From Blastocystis sp. Blastoise (Eukaryota; Protista; Bigyra: Opalinata): 64,000 nucleotides of DNA. The position numbers and the translations under genes were made by a program. Positions 1-14,585 of this stretch are shown here, one piece after another. Each line of letters starts with the position of its first letter. Positions within the stretch are counted from its first letter, which is position 1. Location of the stretch: NCBI GenBank assembly GCA_039096225.1, contig JBBPEB010000033.1, forward strand, positions 1,116,001-1,180,000, written 5' to 3'. The notes under the pieces were generated by a model. It ran no database searches. It was not told the origin of the DNA and saw nothing but the letters and a program-made list of their open reading frames with translations.

Positions 1-466
1 TAAATTGGTTTTAGAAGAGATAAAAGAGTCTCTATAGGATAGAAGAATTATTGAGATGACATATGTATGAAGAGAAATGAAAATTCTAAATAAAAACTAG
101 AATGATCACTGAGAGGATTCGTTATGAATAGTGTTTCTATTAGAATATACATTAATTTCATAATATTTAACATGATAATTTTAAATAATAAACAGGAATA
201 ATTAAATATAATTAAAAAAAAAACACAACAAAACAAAAAGAAAATAAGGAAATATTATTATATAGAGAAGCGTTTATAGAGAATTCAAAGAAGAAAGAGA
301 AAAATAATAAATCGCTATACTATAATGCAAGATAAGATAATATGAATAAGAATACATAAAAATAAAATACAATAGTACAAAAAAACAGAAATATAAATAT
401 ATATTTAGGGAAAGAAAAAATAAAATAATTTCAATAGTATTACACATAATGAATAGATTTTATGCT

Positions 467-1412
467 TTAGAAGAATGAAGGAATACCGCCTTGATTAGAG
501 TTTTGGTTATTCATAGATTGTTGCATACCATAACCCATAGCAGCAGGTCTTTGTTGTTGTTGCATGCCATAACCCATATTCATATTCATACCCATACTAG
601 TAGGTCTTTGTTGTTGTTGTTGCATACCATAACCCATATTCATATTCATAGATTGTTGAGGCATACCATATCCCATATTCATAGGTTGTTGTTGTTGCAT
701 ACCATAACCCATATTCATATTCATGCCCATTTGTTGTTGTTGTTGAGGCATACCATAGCCCATATTCATATTCATTACATTACCACTAGGTTGAGGAGAC
801 ATGGATTTAGGCATAGCACTGGTATTATAGAGATCCATAATAGAAGCAGCAGTAGGTTTAGCATTACCCTTTAAAGTAGTATTATCTTTATCCATAATAT
901 TTTCTGACTTTCTACTAGCAGGACTAGGAGTATTCACAGATAAATCACCTAATAAATCCATAGGAGAAGTAGGTTGTTCTACAGGAGACATAGGAGACAT
1001 AGGAGAAGAAGGAGATGTAGGAACAGGAGACATATTAAAGAAATCTTCTTCATCACCATTAGATGATTTTGTAGAACGAAGAGACTTTGAAGATTTAGCT
1101 CTACCAGAAGAGGAAGATACTTCTATATATATATATTATAATTTATTTATTATTTAATAAAACAAATATTTAATTAATTAATTAATTTAAAAAATAATAA
1201 TAATAATAAATAATATAATAAATAATAATAAAAATAATATAATAAATAATAATAAATAATAATAAATAATAAATAAAAAAAAATAATAATAAATAATAAT
1301 AAATAATAATAAATAATAATAAATAATAATATAATAAATAAAACAAAAACTTCTATACATACTACTTTGAGATTTTCTAAGTTTAGCTTTAGGAACTTCT
1401 TCTTCAAAAGCA

Positions 1413-1444
<32 letters not shown>

Positions 1445-1997
1445 TACACTCTTTCTAGGAGATTTAGAAGCTTTAGGAGTAGCACTTCCATCAAGAGGCA
1501 TAGGACTCTTTTTAGTTTCAGCAGGAAGAGGTTCTTCACCAGGTCTACGAGCCCACTTCTTCATCTCATATTTAGCACGAATAAACTTCTCTAATTCACC
1601 CATAGTACTCTGTTCATTAGGACGAGGATAATCCTTAGGTAAATGATATTCCCAATAAGCATTAGCTCTCTTATTACCCCATTTTTGCATATTCTTTATA
1701 TGCTCAGGCTTCCAACTATCAAGGTTTGTTGATCTTACAAAAGAAATATGAACACCAAGATTTCTGTGTACACCAGAACAACGAATACAAATAAATGTAC
1801 CTAAAGTAGCTGAAGCCCATCGAGGACCTATAGATCACATATATTAACTCATTCTTATTATATTATTTTCTTAATTTATAGAAAAATAATAATTTCAATT
1901 ATTTACCCTTAGAACCACAATCAGCACAAACCTTATTGTAATCCTTCTTCATAAGACCATCAAGAATCTTCTTTTGCTGAGGAGTCAAATAACTCAT
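467..1997 (-). CDS. ArfGAP (SMAP/AGD5-like), 3 exons, with low-complexity Met/Gln/Gly C-terminal repeats
   Basis: Spliced translation [69 protein letters not shown] gives the ArfGAP CxxC-x16-CxxC zinc finger and catalytic Arg; two GT-AG introns join ORFs 1187-1690 and 467-1033. Confidence 0.93.
520..780 (-). repeat. Coding tandem repeat [13 protein letters not shown] in the ArfGAP tail
   Basis: About 6 copies of ATGGGTTATGGTATGCAACAA-like units. Confidence 0.85.
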
Positions 1998-2424
1998 TCC
2001 CTTCTATTTATCCAAGTATTTATCTACAAAATCAAGAAATGAACATGAAAGATTAGCAATTTATCTATGACTTTATTATGATTTCTTTTTCACAATGCGA
2101 TTGGATGAACGAGTTTATTGATATACCTAATATCAAATTAATAGGACTATTATTCACTATATATCTCCTAATCATACTTTAACACCGCCATTTTTCTCGA
2201 TTTCTTCCAGAATGTCAAAAAAGATTAGGGTCTTCTTTTTATTTTTCCAGGGATTATCGATTTTGAGAACAAGAAAATTTTCAACTATTTTACGTTCAAC
2301 TAACTGAATATGGCTGAAACATTCTTTTTTATTCAAACACATAAAAGTCATTATTTTCAATTTCATTTATTAATTTTCGATTTTTTTGTACTAAGAACGA
2401 TTAATAGAAAGCATATACTAAAGA

Positions 2425-2631
2425 ATGGATGAGAAAAATCAGGAGATCATTGATGAATTAAAGAAAACATGTGTAGCAAGTCATCAATTAAAAAATGATT
2501 TGAAAAGACTTTGTACACTTACATCCAAAGAAAGTCAATTATATAGTAACTTCACAGTCATGAATAAATCGATGGATGTATGGAGGAAAATGTTTAATAT
2601 TTCTAATGACAATGATTCAGCAAAACAGTGA
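2425..2631 (+). CDS. Small hypothetical helical protein (68 aa)
   Basis: Intronless ATG-TGA ORF of normal complexity in an intergenic gap; no family recognised. Confidence 0.55.
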   Translation: MDEKNQEIIDELKKTCVASHQLKNDLKRLCTLTSKESQLYSNFTVMNKSMDVWRKMFNISNDNDSAKQ

Positions 2632-2904
2632 TCGTTCTCGTGTTTATTTAATTATCTCTAGGTTTATAAGCAGCACTATTTACACACTTTTTTCTTTTCC
2701 TATTTTATTTATATTATTCCATTTATGTTTCGTTATTAAGTCACCTTTAATTCTTTTTTAAAAAGTCTTATTTATGCCAGCATTTACTGTTATCAATACT
2801 TTCTTCATAAGACTAATTACTTTAAAAAATAAACTATTCATCTATTTTATTTTTATTTGACAAAAGCCAGTGATTACAAAACAATTTCATGATTATACAG
2901 AATA

Positions 2905-3436
2905 CTACGAGAGAGAATTATCATTTGGTTTTTCACAATTATAATTCTGTTTTATTTCTTTTCTTTTCAATTTAAGTGATTCTTCAAATTCAATTGATTG
3001 TTGAATCCGTTTATTAAATGGCAAAAGACGTAATTTTCCTTCTTTCCTTTTTTGTGTTCTTTTCTCAGTTTGTTTTATATTATCATTCCATTCTTTGGTT
3101 ATTTTTCTTGCTAATAATGCTATTTCCTTATTTGGATATTTTCGTAAAGGAATCAAAAGTATGCCTATCTTCGTTGCCTTATTGGTTTGAGAGGAGATAA
3201 AAAGGCCATCACACTGTTTTAAATAAAATAGAATATTCACAGGATCCTATAATAAATATATATGTGGCTCACGAAACGAATAAATGCCTAATACAATACA
3301 TTTTTCTCGATTGCTTTCATTAAGTTCTTTTTGATGCTTAAAACCTTTTCTATAGATATCTAATCAAATGTTTATGTGTAATTAAAAGATAATAATGAGA
3401 AAAACGTACAACTTTTTTCAAATCGGTGAGTGTCAT
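2905..3436 (-). CDS. TFIIS N-terminal (Med26/LW) domain protein, 3 exons
   Basis: ATKIGILLIPLRKYPNKEIALLARKITKEW matches the TFIIS-N helical motif; two short GT-AG introns link upstream exons MTLTDLKKV and ISIEKVLSIKKNLMKAIEKN. Confidence 0.75.
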
Positions 3437-3650
3437 TTGTTTTTTTTCCTTTTGCGCTTTGTGTTCATGATTTTTTATTTTGATTTTAGTTATTGAAAAG
3501 AAATGAGTTAAAGTAGACTGGCTCATTATAGTTTAATATATATAAATAATTTTTAAAAATAAAATCATGAGAATTCGTAATAAAATACCATGAAAATGAT
3601 TCCTTTCCCAGAATAAATTAGTATTCTCTTTTAGTTCTTTATTTATCAAT

Positions 3651-4100
3651 ATGAGATTAAAATTTAGATATCTTCTTGTGCAGATAGATCATTATAGCAC
3701 AAAGAAGCACTCAAAACTGCAAATCAGAGATTATCTTACATCAATCAGAGTATTATTGATCTTTTTCTTGATAATTTTGTTGTTATTGTATGTAGACTAT
3801 TCTAGAAGATAATTTTGGTGATTACATGTCTTCAATAGAAGGTTCGTTGTTAACAATTATGCATTTTATTAACTAGTTTCTCTTTAAACAGCTTCCTATA
3901 TCATCTATTTAGTTATGCAGTTTGATGAAACAAAGGGTTGCTTTATTTTAAGATGTAGTCGACAGTTTGTTACGGAAATAGAGTTTATATTGTCGCTAAT
4001 TTCAAATATTAATAACGTTAAAGTTGCTCTGTCTACTGTATCGATGTCTGGAAGTCAAACTGTTGCGTTAAATTCTATTAAAGAATACGTTTCTGTATAG
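3651..4100 (+). CDS. POP5: RNase P/MRP subunit Pop5 (Rpp14/Pop5 family), 3 exons
   Basis: MRLKFRYLLV...ILEDNFGDY...GCFILRCSR...TVSMSGS matches Pop5 motifs; donor of intron 2 is ambiguous (see findings). Confidence 0.8.
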
Positions 4101-4286
4101 TCAGTTATTTTATATTATTATTTTTCTTTTTGTGGAATTCTTTTATATGTTTTTGTTTTATATTGTTGTAAAATTATCATAATTTTATTCGTTTATCTTA
4201 ATGATTTGTTTTTGTATATTCGTGTTATTCACATTTTTTTAAATAACAAAAAAACAAAAGAATAGCTTCAATAATATATATAAATA

Positions 4287-6667
4287 TTACAATATAACAT
4301 TAATTTTTGATTCTTCTTTATGTCCAGATGAATATAGAATGTTATTCGATGAGTTATGTTTACATATCGATGTAAAAGGTGTATTAATATTAATATCTAT
4401 ATAATATGGAGAAGGAAGAGAGTCAATTCTATTCAATGTTTCCTATATATATATATATAAGATATATGATATTTGTATTGTTTGTAAATATATATATAGT
4501 ATTAGTATATTTATATATATATATACATAAACATATAGAACACTTGTTTTTTATGAATATAAATAATATATATATAAGTATTATTCAGTAAAAGTGTATA
4601 TATTAGAATATATATAAATAATTTATAGTATATATACTTCAAAAGGTTTAAAGTTATTTGTATATAATGTTTTTTCTTCATATCTTGATGAGAAATCAAG
4701 AATTCGAATAGAATTCCCTTGAGAAGGGAGTATATACATAGAATCAGAATACAGAAGTCCTTTTGTTGTACATGCCATATTATCTAGATAGAGAAATATA
4801 TATATAGAAGAGAAATAATAAGATATATAGTTGAATAAATAAAGGAATATATATATATATATATATATATACTGTCAGGTAACCACCACTTGTTTATATT
4901 TAATGCAAATTCATTACTACTAAACTATAAATATATATATTTATATATACAAAAATAAATTATTTATTTATATAAATATATATATAAATATATATATATA
5001 AATATACTTTCTCTTTTTTAACTTGTGTATATAAACTGAGAATTGTTTCAGTATATATATCAATAATAAAACACCATCCACATTTTAATGTTATTAATAA
5101 ATAATTCTATATATATATATAATTATTAATAACATTTCTTTCTATTATTGATAATAACAAAAAAAAAAAGAATATATCGAGAATAACAATAATATATATA
5201 AATTGAATATATTATCTTTTATAATATATATATACATTTGAGAATATAGTGTGTATATCAATTGGATACAAATCATAAGGAGGAAGAAGAGGTATATATG
5301 GAGATAATATAGAAGTTATAGAAAGAGTATATATACAAGTAGGAGAACTTGATGAAGAAAAAGGCAATAATCTATATATATATATATATATATTCAATAA
5401 TAATCGATATTTTATATAGTATAACTATTATATATATAATATATAATAAGTAAAGAATAATATGCTATAAATATATTTAATATACTGTAGATTTGTTCTG
5501 TCATATATATATAGAGTAGGAATATCAATATATGAAATAGCTAGTAATGAAGACGAAATAGGATAAAAACATGAGATCTATAATTGTATATATATATAAC
5601 TAAATAAAATACTTGAGAAGAACCCTTAGAGAAAAACCATTTTCGAATGAATGAATTACTGCGGGAATCATATTGATAAAAACGTCCACGGTTATCACCA
5701 CAAACAAATGTATTATCTATATATATTATTAAACTTATTATACTTATTTCTAATATTAATACTAATAATAATATTAATATTAATAAAACCATCAACATAA
5801 TTACATATATAATATATAATATTATAAATATATATAATAAAAACATGAATATGTTTCAATAAATACCTTCAAAGAAATGCATATATGAACTAGTTTTATT
5901 ATCAATAGGAATACTGTGAATCAATTGATACTTATATAAATCCAGAATAGGATATGAATTTAAGCCAGAATCAGCATAGATTATTTGTTCTGAAGATATC
6001 CATTCTAGATTTTGTATTGCTCCCTTTCATATATATATATATGTATTGAATATATAATATAATAATAATATATATATAATAGAATAATTACTATATATAT
6101 ATATATTCACATAAAAATAATCATATAATAAAAGAATAAACTTATTTACTTTTCCTTTAATTACCATATGATTATTATTTATATATAGAGGATTTAATGT
6201 TGGGTATTTTTTGATATTCTCTTTAAAATAAAAAGAATTATCAATTTCTAAAAAGCGTTCATAATTATATAGCGATATATAACCTGATTCTGTACCATCA
6301 CCACCTATAAAATTTTAAAAATTTTAAAAACGTAAAAAAAAAGCCGTTACCAACTAATAATCGATCTTCGTTTGAATTGAACTTCATACATAATGCTTCA
6401 AGATAATCTGCAGTACGACGCCGCCTTCTAGCGACAGTTCCCTGACTAGAAACCACATCAACAATCTCTGGATTAAGACCTATATTACTTATTCTCTTAT
6501 TTTTCAACTCAAATAAGGTTGTATAATTCTTAGAATCAACTGCATTATAAACCTCATATTTTCTTGAATTCACATTCCACCAAATGGTTCGTTTTGGTGA
6601 CTCTATATGAACAATGATGTCATTAGATTATGAACAAGATACTGTAGATAGAATTTAGAATATCCAT
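4287..6667 (-). CDS. Divergent WD40/beta-propeller-like protein, about 10 exons
   Basis: Open frame traced through GT-AG introns; WD-like blades CMKFNSNEDRLLVGGDG...ISLYNY and FVCGDNRGRFYQYDSR. Confidence 0.65.
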
Positions 6668-7068
6668 TAAATATTATTCATATATTCAATAATCAAAAAT
6701 AATTTTTTTATGAATTGAATGAAGAAAAACTAAAGTCAAGCAAATTATTTTATATATAAATTAAATCAAATGTAATCATTTTTTGAAATACATGTTAATA
6801 AGACTAAATTCAAAAAAAAATAGGAAAGCAATATATTTTATTCATATTTGTTGTTTATTATATAACATATAATTTAAAGTACGATTAACTATATATATTT
6901 AAGAATGTCCTTCTTAGTAAATGAAAAACTAGAAAGAAATAAAACTGCATGAAAAAAAAGGCACTACTTTTTATTTAGTGTTTGACATTATTTTATTAAT
7001 TATTTTGTGTTTCGGAGTAGAAGAATTAATATATTTGTTTAATTGAATTTCATAGATTATAATAGATA

Positions 7069-8827
7069 ATGAATCCATATTCTTATTTGATTCCATGTAC
7101 TATCGTCATCTCTTTGTTACTTTGTTTATGGATGAATCTCTCATATGTGGCACCATTTAGAGATTTTCTATTTGATAAATCAGGAATTATTGCCTGTTTG
7201 TCAACTCAAGAAAAATCTCATCAGTATTTTTTATATATTATAATTACATAATATAGGATTCAATCATCAATCAAAGATTGGAACAAGACTCCTCTGAATT
7301 CATTCATTGATTCTGTCTTTTACGTCAATGTTTCTTCAAATAACTGGAGTACATTGGAAACTTTGACAATTCAACAAGATCAACTTTCTTGTTCAATATT
7401 GGAAAATGAAGGTACAGAATTGTTTTCTTCGTATCAGAAAATGGAAAAAAATCCTTACATTCATCAAGTGGTTCTCCCGTCTTCTATGTTTTCCAATAAT
7501 TCTACATATATAGATATCAATGTATTAGATCAAGAAAAAGAATCTATATACAAATCATCCTTCTTTCTCTATGCAACAGCAGATATGTCCGCAGCTACAT
7601 TACAAACATTATCAAATCATCAAAATATACAACCTGCTTTCCGTTGTACTTATCAGTATATTTTATTTTTTTTATTATTATTTTATTATTATTATTTTAT
7701 TATTGTTATTTTATTATTATTTTTATTATTATTTTATTTTATTATTATTTTATTTTATTATTATTTTATTATTTTATTATTATTATTATAAAAGAACTTA
7801 AATATATGTGAATTATTATGAAAGAGATTTTGTTATCAATTTCTATGCTTTATATATATAATACTATACTTATAGTGAATGTATTCCTTGTGAATCCCTC
7901 TATAATGGTACTTATAAAGATGGATCCTGTGCAATGAACTTATATTTATCTACTATATGTATATCTATTTCTCCTTGGTCGAATCTCGGAACTTCCAAGA
8001 AAATAATATGGAAACCAAATGTTGATACGTATTTATATATATAAGTTATTATTACTATTCTATTTCTTTCTTTTTCTTTTTTTCTTTTTTTGAATATTTA
8101 TTATTATATCAATTGAATTAATTCATTTTTAACATATTATATTATATATTCTATACTATTCTATACTATATTATTCTATATATAGTAAGTTATTTGAGAA
8201 TGAAGATGATTGTGGATGTAGTTATAACGTTGTAAATGGTGATTTAGGCCTTAATGAATGGAGTCCAGCTATGTACTCACCCTATAAACCTAATTCTATT
8301 AATATTAATGTATATTGTTATTATTATTAGTATTATTTTTATTATTATTATACTTATTATTATACTTATTATTATATTTATTATTATATTTATTATGCTA
8401 CTTATTATTATACTTATTATGCTACTTATAATAATACTTATTATTATACTTATTATTATTATTATCTTCAATCATATTTATAAAACTGAATTTCTATTAT
8501 GATAAGTATTTAATATATCACTTATTACTTCATATATAATATATAGTTACGTCATTTCAAAGATCCTTCAATTTCTATTCAATCAATAATTCATGGTTGT
8601 GATACACATTTTCTATATATAGATACATGTGTTTCTAAAAATTATTATCGATTATTTTCTTCTTTTATTTATATTATTTCAAATATTCTTATTCTTCCCA
8701 TCGTGTCCTTACTAATCTACTTTGTATATATATATATATATTATTATTATTATTTATAACTTCACTATAGTTTATTGGTATTGTCTTCAAATTATTCATG
8801 AAATATATATACAAAACAAAACAATAA
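7069..8827 (+). CDS. Uncharacterised membrane protein (N- and C-terminal TM segments, Cys-rich luminal domain), 6 exons
   Basis: Continuous frame across five GT-AG introns; hydrophobic ends; no family recognised. Confidence 0.65.
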
Positions 8828-9805
8828 TCTATTTAATATAGCATTCTTAACACATAAAGAAAATATCTTTTTTATATACTTTTAAAATATATTTATACTT
8901 AATAGTTTTCGTTGTCTATTATTATTATTATGCAGTCATTAGTTCTAATCATTTTTTTTAACAATATTCGTTTCATTTATATCCATAGATTTTTCAACAT
9001 AATCTCTTTCTTCTAATATATACTAATTTCTAATTTTTTATATTCATTTATTTTATTTATATATTTTGTAAATTATTAACTGTCATCCTATTTTATTCTT
9101 CATCTTTTTATTTATCATTATAAAAATATTTATACTATTCACTTCTTTTAATAAATTCTATCGTTGTTAACATTCATATTCTCTTTTTTTATTTAACGCA
9201 AAGCTTTTTATTTGGTATAACAATAACATTCTTATAGAAATATATATTTCTTGTTCACAACTCATTCTTTAGGCCATATTATATCTCATTTGATACATAA
9301 AGTGGCTTCTGTTCAATATATATCTACTTTTTGTACTCAATTTATCTCAATTGTTTCCTAACACACATTTGATTACACTTAAAAGCATTATTATGATATT
9401 CTCACTATAAAATTAGCATTATTGATATCAATAACACAACACAATTTCAATTATTTCAACTTTAAAATTTCTAAAACCTGACAGAAAAAAGAATTTTCCG
9501 AATGTTCATCATGACCAACGGTCGCTAAAACTGTATTCACAAAAAAATATATATTCCAAGAGAATTTTTCTTTACGCCTTTAGGGCCTAAAATCTCTTAT
9601 AAAAATGTTTTTTGGGGATGAGAATTGTACTCCAAGAGAGTCTTCTTGATGACCCTTGAGAATGACGCATCCTACATCAATCGAAATGAATCTCATTTTA
9701 TTTGTATTTTTGTGATTCAACAATCTGTCATTCACTTACGATTTGTGTTTGTTCATACAAAAGAGTTTCTTGTTCTTTTTTGGTTGTTTATCGTTTATAA
9801 CCATC

Positions 9806-10900
9806 ATGTTTGCTTCTAATCATACAAGATCTAAAGACAGAAAATGTACTTCATTTACTCTCTTGTCAATTTATCTTAGTTTCAGTGCCATTATTGTTGC
9901 CATCTTTGTTTTTGTTCTTGGTTGGGGTAATTTTAAAATCATTGGTGTCGACAATATTTTCTATCCTTATGTTATCGTTCTTGCTTCTATTTTTGTTTTC
10001 AGTCTTGTAACTGTCATTTTAATTTGTACTAATCTTCATTGTTGCAAGTCAAATATACTTTATTCATTAGCAGTTGTCTTCTCAGCAGTTAGTATCTTTG
10101 CTACTACCTTTTCTGTTTTCTTCCTTGCATTTGGAGCTTATCAAATGAAGCAGGTATTTTGTTTTATTCATTATTGTATTTATTGTTTATTTGTTGTTAT
10201 TATTAGATTTTGTTACTTTTATTTTTTTTTTATTATTAGATTTTGTTACTTTTATTTTATTATTATTAGATTTTATTACTTTTATTTTATTATTATTAGA
10301 TTTTATTACTTTTATTTTATTATTATTAGATTTTATTACTTTTATTTTATTATTATTATCTTATTTTTTTTATTTATTATTATTATTACTTTTATATACT
10401 ATATCTATATATCACAATAAAATAATATTATGTTTGTTTTTAGGGTTCATTTGATGTTGTTGTTTTGAAAGATATTCAAAAGATTATTGAAGATTATGGA
10501 TATAATCATATTCAGTCTTGGAGAGAATTTCAGAATGATCACGAGTGTTGTGGATTTGATAATAATATATTACTAATGACAGGAGATGCTTGTTTTAAAT
10601 CAGAACATATCAATTGTAAAGTTGTTTTTTCAAATCAATATTCTCTATTTATGATTCTACTTGCTTCTTCCTTCGCATTCCTTGATCTTTTCCATTTTGC
10701 AATTGTTATCTTTTTAGCAATCACAATATCTGTATATATTATTATTATTTTATTATGTTTTATATTTATTATTATGTTTATTATGTTTAATATTATATTA
10801 TTTTCTAATTATTTCATTATGTATAATATTATATATATATATATAGAAAATAGCAAGTATATCTTTCAATCGAGTCGAAGGTGAACCTCTTCTTGTTTAA
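9806..10900 (+). CDS. Tetraspanin, 3 exons
   Basis: Three TM helices, large loop with CCG motif (HECCGFDNN...DAC...NCK), fourth TM helix; C-terminal EGEPLL dileucine-type motif. Confidence 0.85.
10198..10352. repeat. Intronic 30-bp minisatellite (about 5 copies)
   Basis: Unit tattattagattttattacttttattttat repeated in tandem. Confidence 0.85.
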
Positions 10901-11172
10901 GTTATAATGTTATTTTCTTTTCAATTCATTTTTAGTTGTTTTTTGTTTTATTTCTTTTATATATATATAAACTCACATATACAGTAAACAAAAAAATAAA
11001 ATAAATATTGAAACAAATTTATATATATAATATATATATACGCAAAAAGCATAAATAGGATACAAATTCATTTAAAGAAATCAAAAAAAAGTTAAATATA
11101 ATTATATAATTAGATATATAATAAATAAAAGATATTACAATGAAAAATAATAGAAACACCGCAAAAAATGAT

Positions 11173-12576
11173 TTATTCTTCATAGAAATATTGTTTTTTA
11201 AACATATTCGAAAAGAAATGATAGACTATTTGTAAGAATATTGTTTTGGACATCGTGTTTGATACTTCATGATCTGCTCCTTGTAATAAATAAGCATTAC
11301 AATGACGTATAGCATTCTATACATATATATTATTATACTTATGTTTATCTTACTTATTATACTTATTAATATATAAATATTTAAAAGTATTTATAAGTAT
11401 AATAAAAATATATTTTATAATAGCATTTTTAAGAATATATATAAGTCACATTCTATCCATTCTTATAATACAAATAATATATGACATATATATAAATCAA
11501 TTAATAAAATTATATACATCAATTCTATGTACATATTTTTGTTTATTCACAGAAGCCGGAACATACTGATCGTTTGAACTATATATAAACAACGTCGGCA
11601 TGTTTATATGAGAAAATATTGACTCCATCTCTGTATCTATATATATATTATTATATATTTATATTTATTTATTATTATTATTAATACATATATAAAAGAA
11701 AATAAACATTAGATATATAATTATGATAATTTTATATATTATTCTATATACCTGTAAGATCCGTTGAAAACATATCATCGTCAGTAAGACGACCGGATAA
11801 AGATAAATATCTATATATATATATTATGAAATAAATAATAATAGATTAATAAAACATAATAATAATAATAATACAACAAAAACAGTATAACAATATAAAA
11901 AGCACTATGAATATACCTATAAATAGATATAGGTGCTATATCAGCTTCTCTAGGAAGTAATGTATCCATTCCTTGTGATTTATGATCTTCACACCATTGT
12001 CGCCATTTGGATGTCTACAAATTATATGATTATAGGATATGATAAAATTAATTATTGACTTTAAAAAACTATAAGATGATTCATATATACATTAGGATCT
12101 TCATTCATCCATTCACGATCACTGACTGCACCCTAAAATATAATGTAAAAACGAATAATAAATAAACTGTATACTTGTAAACAAATAGCTTCTACTTTAA
12201 CCTTATCAAGAACACTAGAATGTTTTAAGAAATAAACAATATCTTGACAACCAGTAGAATGACCCATTAGAAAAAACTTTTGAAAATGATATTCTTCAGA
12301 TAAAACAATCATAAGTTCATCAAGATCCTCGCAATCTGTTTGTAAGGAAGTAATTCCATATTGAAGATAAGAAGAACGAAGCATTGGCTGAACAAACGTT
12401 AAGTTTAAATCCTTTAATGTCCTCTGAAGATCATTTAAATAGTCAAGAGATAGAAATCCATCAGTAAGTCCTGGAATAAAGACTAATGCTCCATTCTTTC
12501 GAGATTCTGTCATAAATGCAGATAGTTTCTTCTCTTCAGAGTAAAGAAACAACGATCCTTGTATTGATTTATTCAT
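11173..12576 (-). CDS. Alpha/beta hydrolase of DUF1749/UPF0613 family, 6 exons
   Basis: LVFIPGLTDG, GHSTGCQD nucleophile elbow, QGAVSDRE, DDDMFSTDL, DQYVP, GADH. Confidence 0.9.
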
Positions 12577-13059
12577 TTGATCCAAATTAAATTGTATAAA
12601 AATAAATTATAGCAAACAGAGAAACAATGGCGTGTTTTTATATTTGTGTTTCCAGTAGATTATCTGAAGAGGAAATGGTTCTATGTTAATGTAACTTAGT
12701 CTGTATGAATCGTTATTATATATATGTTACATATTATAATATGATTCAATATTTATGATTCCATTTCGTGATCATTTGAAAAATCTTTTCAATCTGAAAA
12801 TTGTATATGTTATTAAATAGTTACTTACGTTGACTAGGAATTGATTACATTTTCAATTTTCGAAATAGCCAAACGAAATATTGAAATGTGGTTTCTAAGT
12901 TATTAAATATATGAAGATTCATAGTTTTTTATTATATAAAGCTGTGTAAATTCTGAAAAGAAAGTTATTTAACAAAATTCATACGAAACGAAAATCTTCG
13001 TTCTTCCAAAAATCTATTTTTTAATTGATTTATGATTCTTATGAATTAATTATTATACA

Positions 13060-13309
13060 ATGAGTTTAGATGATGAAAATATTCTTCGGTTTCCTCAAAA
13101 TAGAAAAATATCAGACCAAATGAGTAAAGAAGCTGGAAAAATAGAAATGAAATCATCGAAGTCAATTAGAAAAGAAAGTAAGAAGTATCAAGAATCACAT
13201 AAGATAAACATTTCGAGTTTTTTTGAAGCTGTATGCTAGATTATTATTAATAATTAGTATCTTACATTAGATTCGAGAGACATTTCATGATATTCGTCAA
13301 TCAAAAGGA

Positions 13310-13362
<53 letters not shown>

Positions 13363-14156
13363 ATTTCATTTATTCTATATTATTATCCATAGTTTCATTA
13401 TGTCTATTCTTTGTATTGGCATTTGTGTTGGTTGCATTCTTATTATGAATACAGTCATACAATTCATTCCCTTATTATTTCTTAAAAAAGCTGAAAGAGA
13501 AATTGGACTTGTAATGTTATATATAGTTATATATATTTAATGTACTATTATTATAAAGATTCTTATGTTTCTAAAAATCTTATATATAGACAGATATATG
13601 GCTATATTCATCAAATCCAATTGATATATATACAAATGATTCCTTCATATTCCCGCGAATATCTGGAATAAACGCATTACAAGTAATTTTACATATGTTT
13701 ATTTTATGTATAATATTATATATTAATTTAAACATATTATAAATATACTTATACATAGAATAGTAAGATTTATCCTCAATTGTCATTGTACGGGTATATC
13801 TATAAACAGGAACAGTGTTCCGTTTCTCCTATATCCGTATATACATATATAAATAACTATATTAATAGTATAATATATAGTCGAATTATTGTGATGATAG
13901 TGTTCCCAAATGTGAACGGTACACGTGTTCAGGAGGAGTATCATTATATATATATTTATATTTACATTTATATATATGCATAGAATACTATTAATATATA
14001 TGCATATCCAAGTATCTATCAATTTCCAACGATTAATCGTAATAACCGCGGGAATAACGAATCACCAGATCTCTCTATATATATTGATAGATCCCTCTCG
14101 GAACAGTATTCCGTTAAAGAAGGGGATTCAATTTATATTTCGATTTTTGTTAGGTA

Positions 14157-14194
<38 letters not shown>

Positions 14195-14274
14195 CATTAT
14201 TAGCTTATACATTTCTACCAAATAAATGTAAATATACAAATACAGGCATATGTAGGTATGTGTTATAACCGCGG

Positions 14275-14315
<41 letters not shown>

Positions 14316-14542
14316 CTCAATATCATCAGAAGATCTGGAGAAATGGAAACAAGAGTATATATATATATTAATATTTATATTTATATATAGAGTGAAGAAT
14401 AATCCCTATATATATATATCAATAGAAATCGCGAAAGTGATTGATCCTGAAGAAATGTATAGTCCATCAATATCAACGAATTCTATATATATATCAACAG
14501 ATACACTTTTAACTATGATTCAATATTATGTATAGAAATATA

Positions 14543-14585
<43 letters not shown>

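Noticed and set aside
3433-3468. Upstream ATG (MNTKRKRKKNK*) whose stop overlaps the TFIIS-N gene start
   Set aside because: Depends on the length of an A8 homopolymer; a uORF cannot be distinguished from an indel error
6603-6642. GTATCTTG donor as a GT-AG U12 intron
   Set aside because: Only a partial donor match and no convincing CCTTAAC-like branch site; left unclassified
12600-12930. Intron-like GTAAGT...CAG signals on the - strand upstream of the hydrolase
   Set aside because: No open frame could be assembled; may be 5' UTR introns
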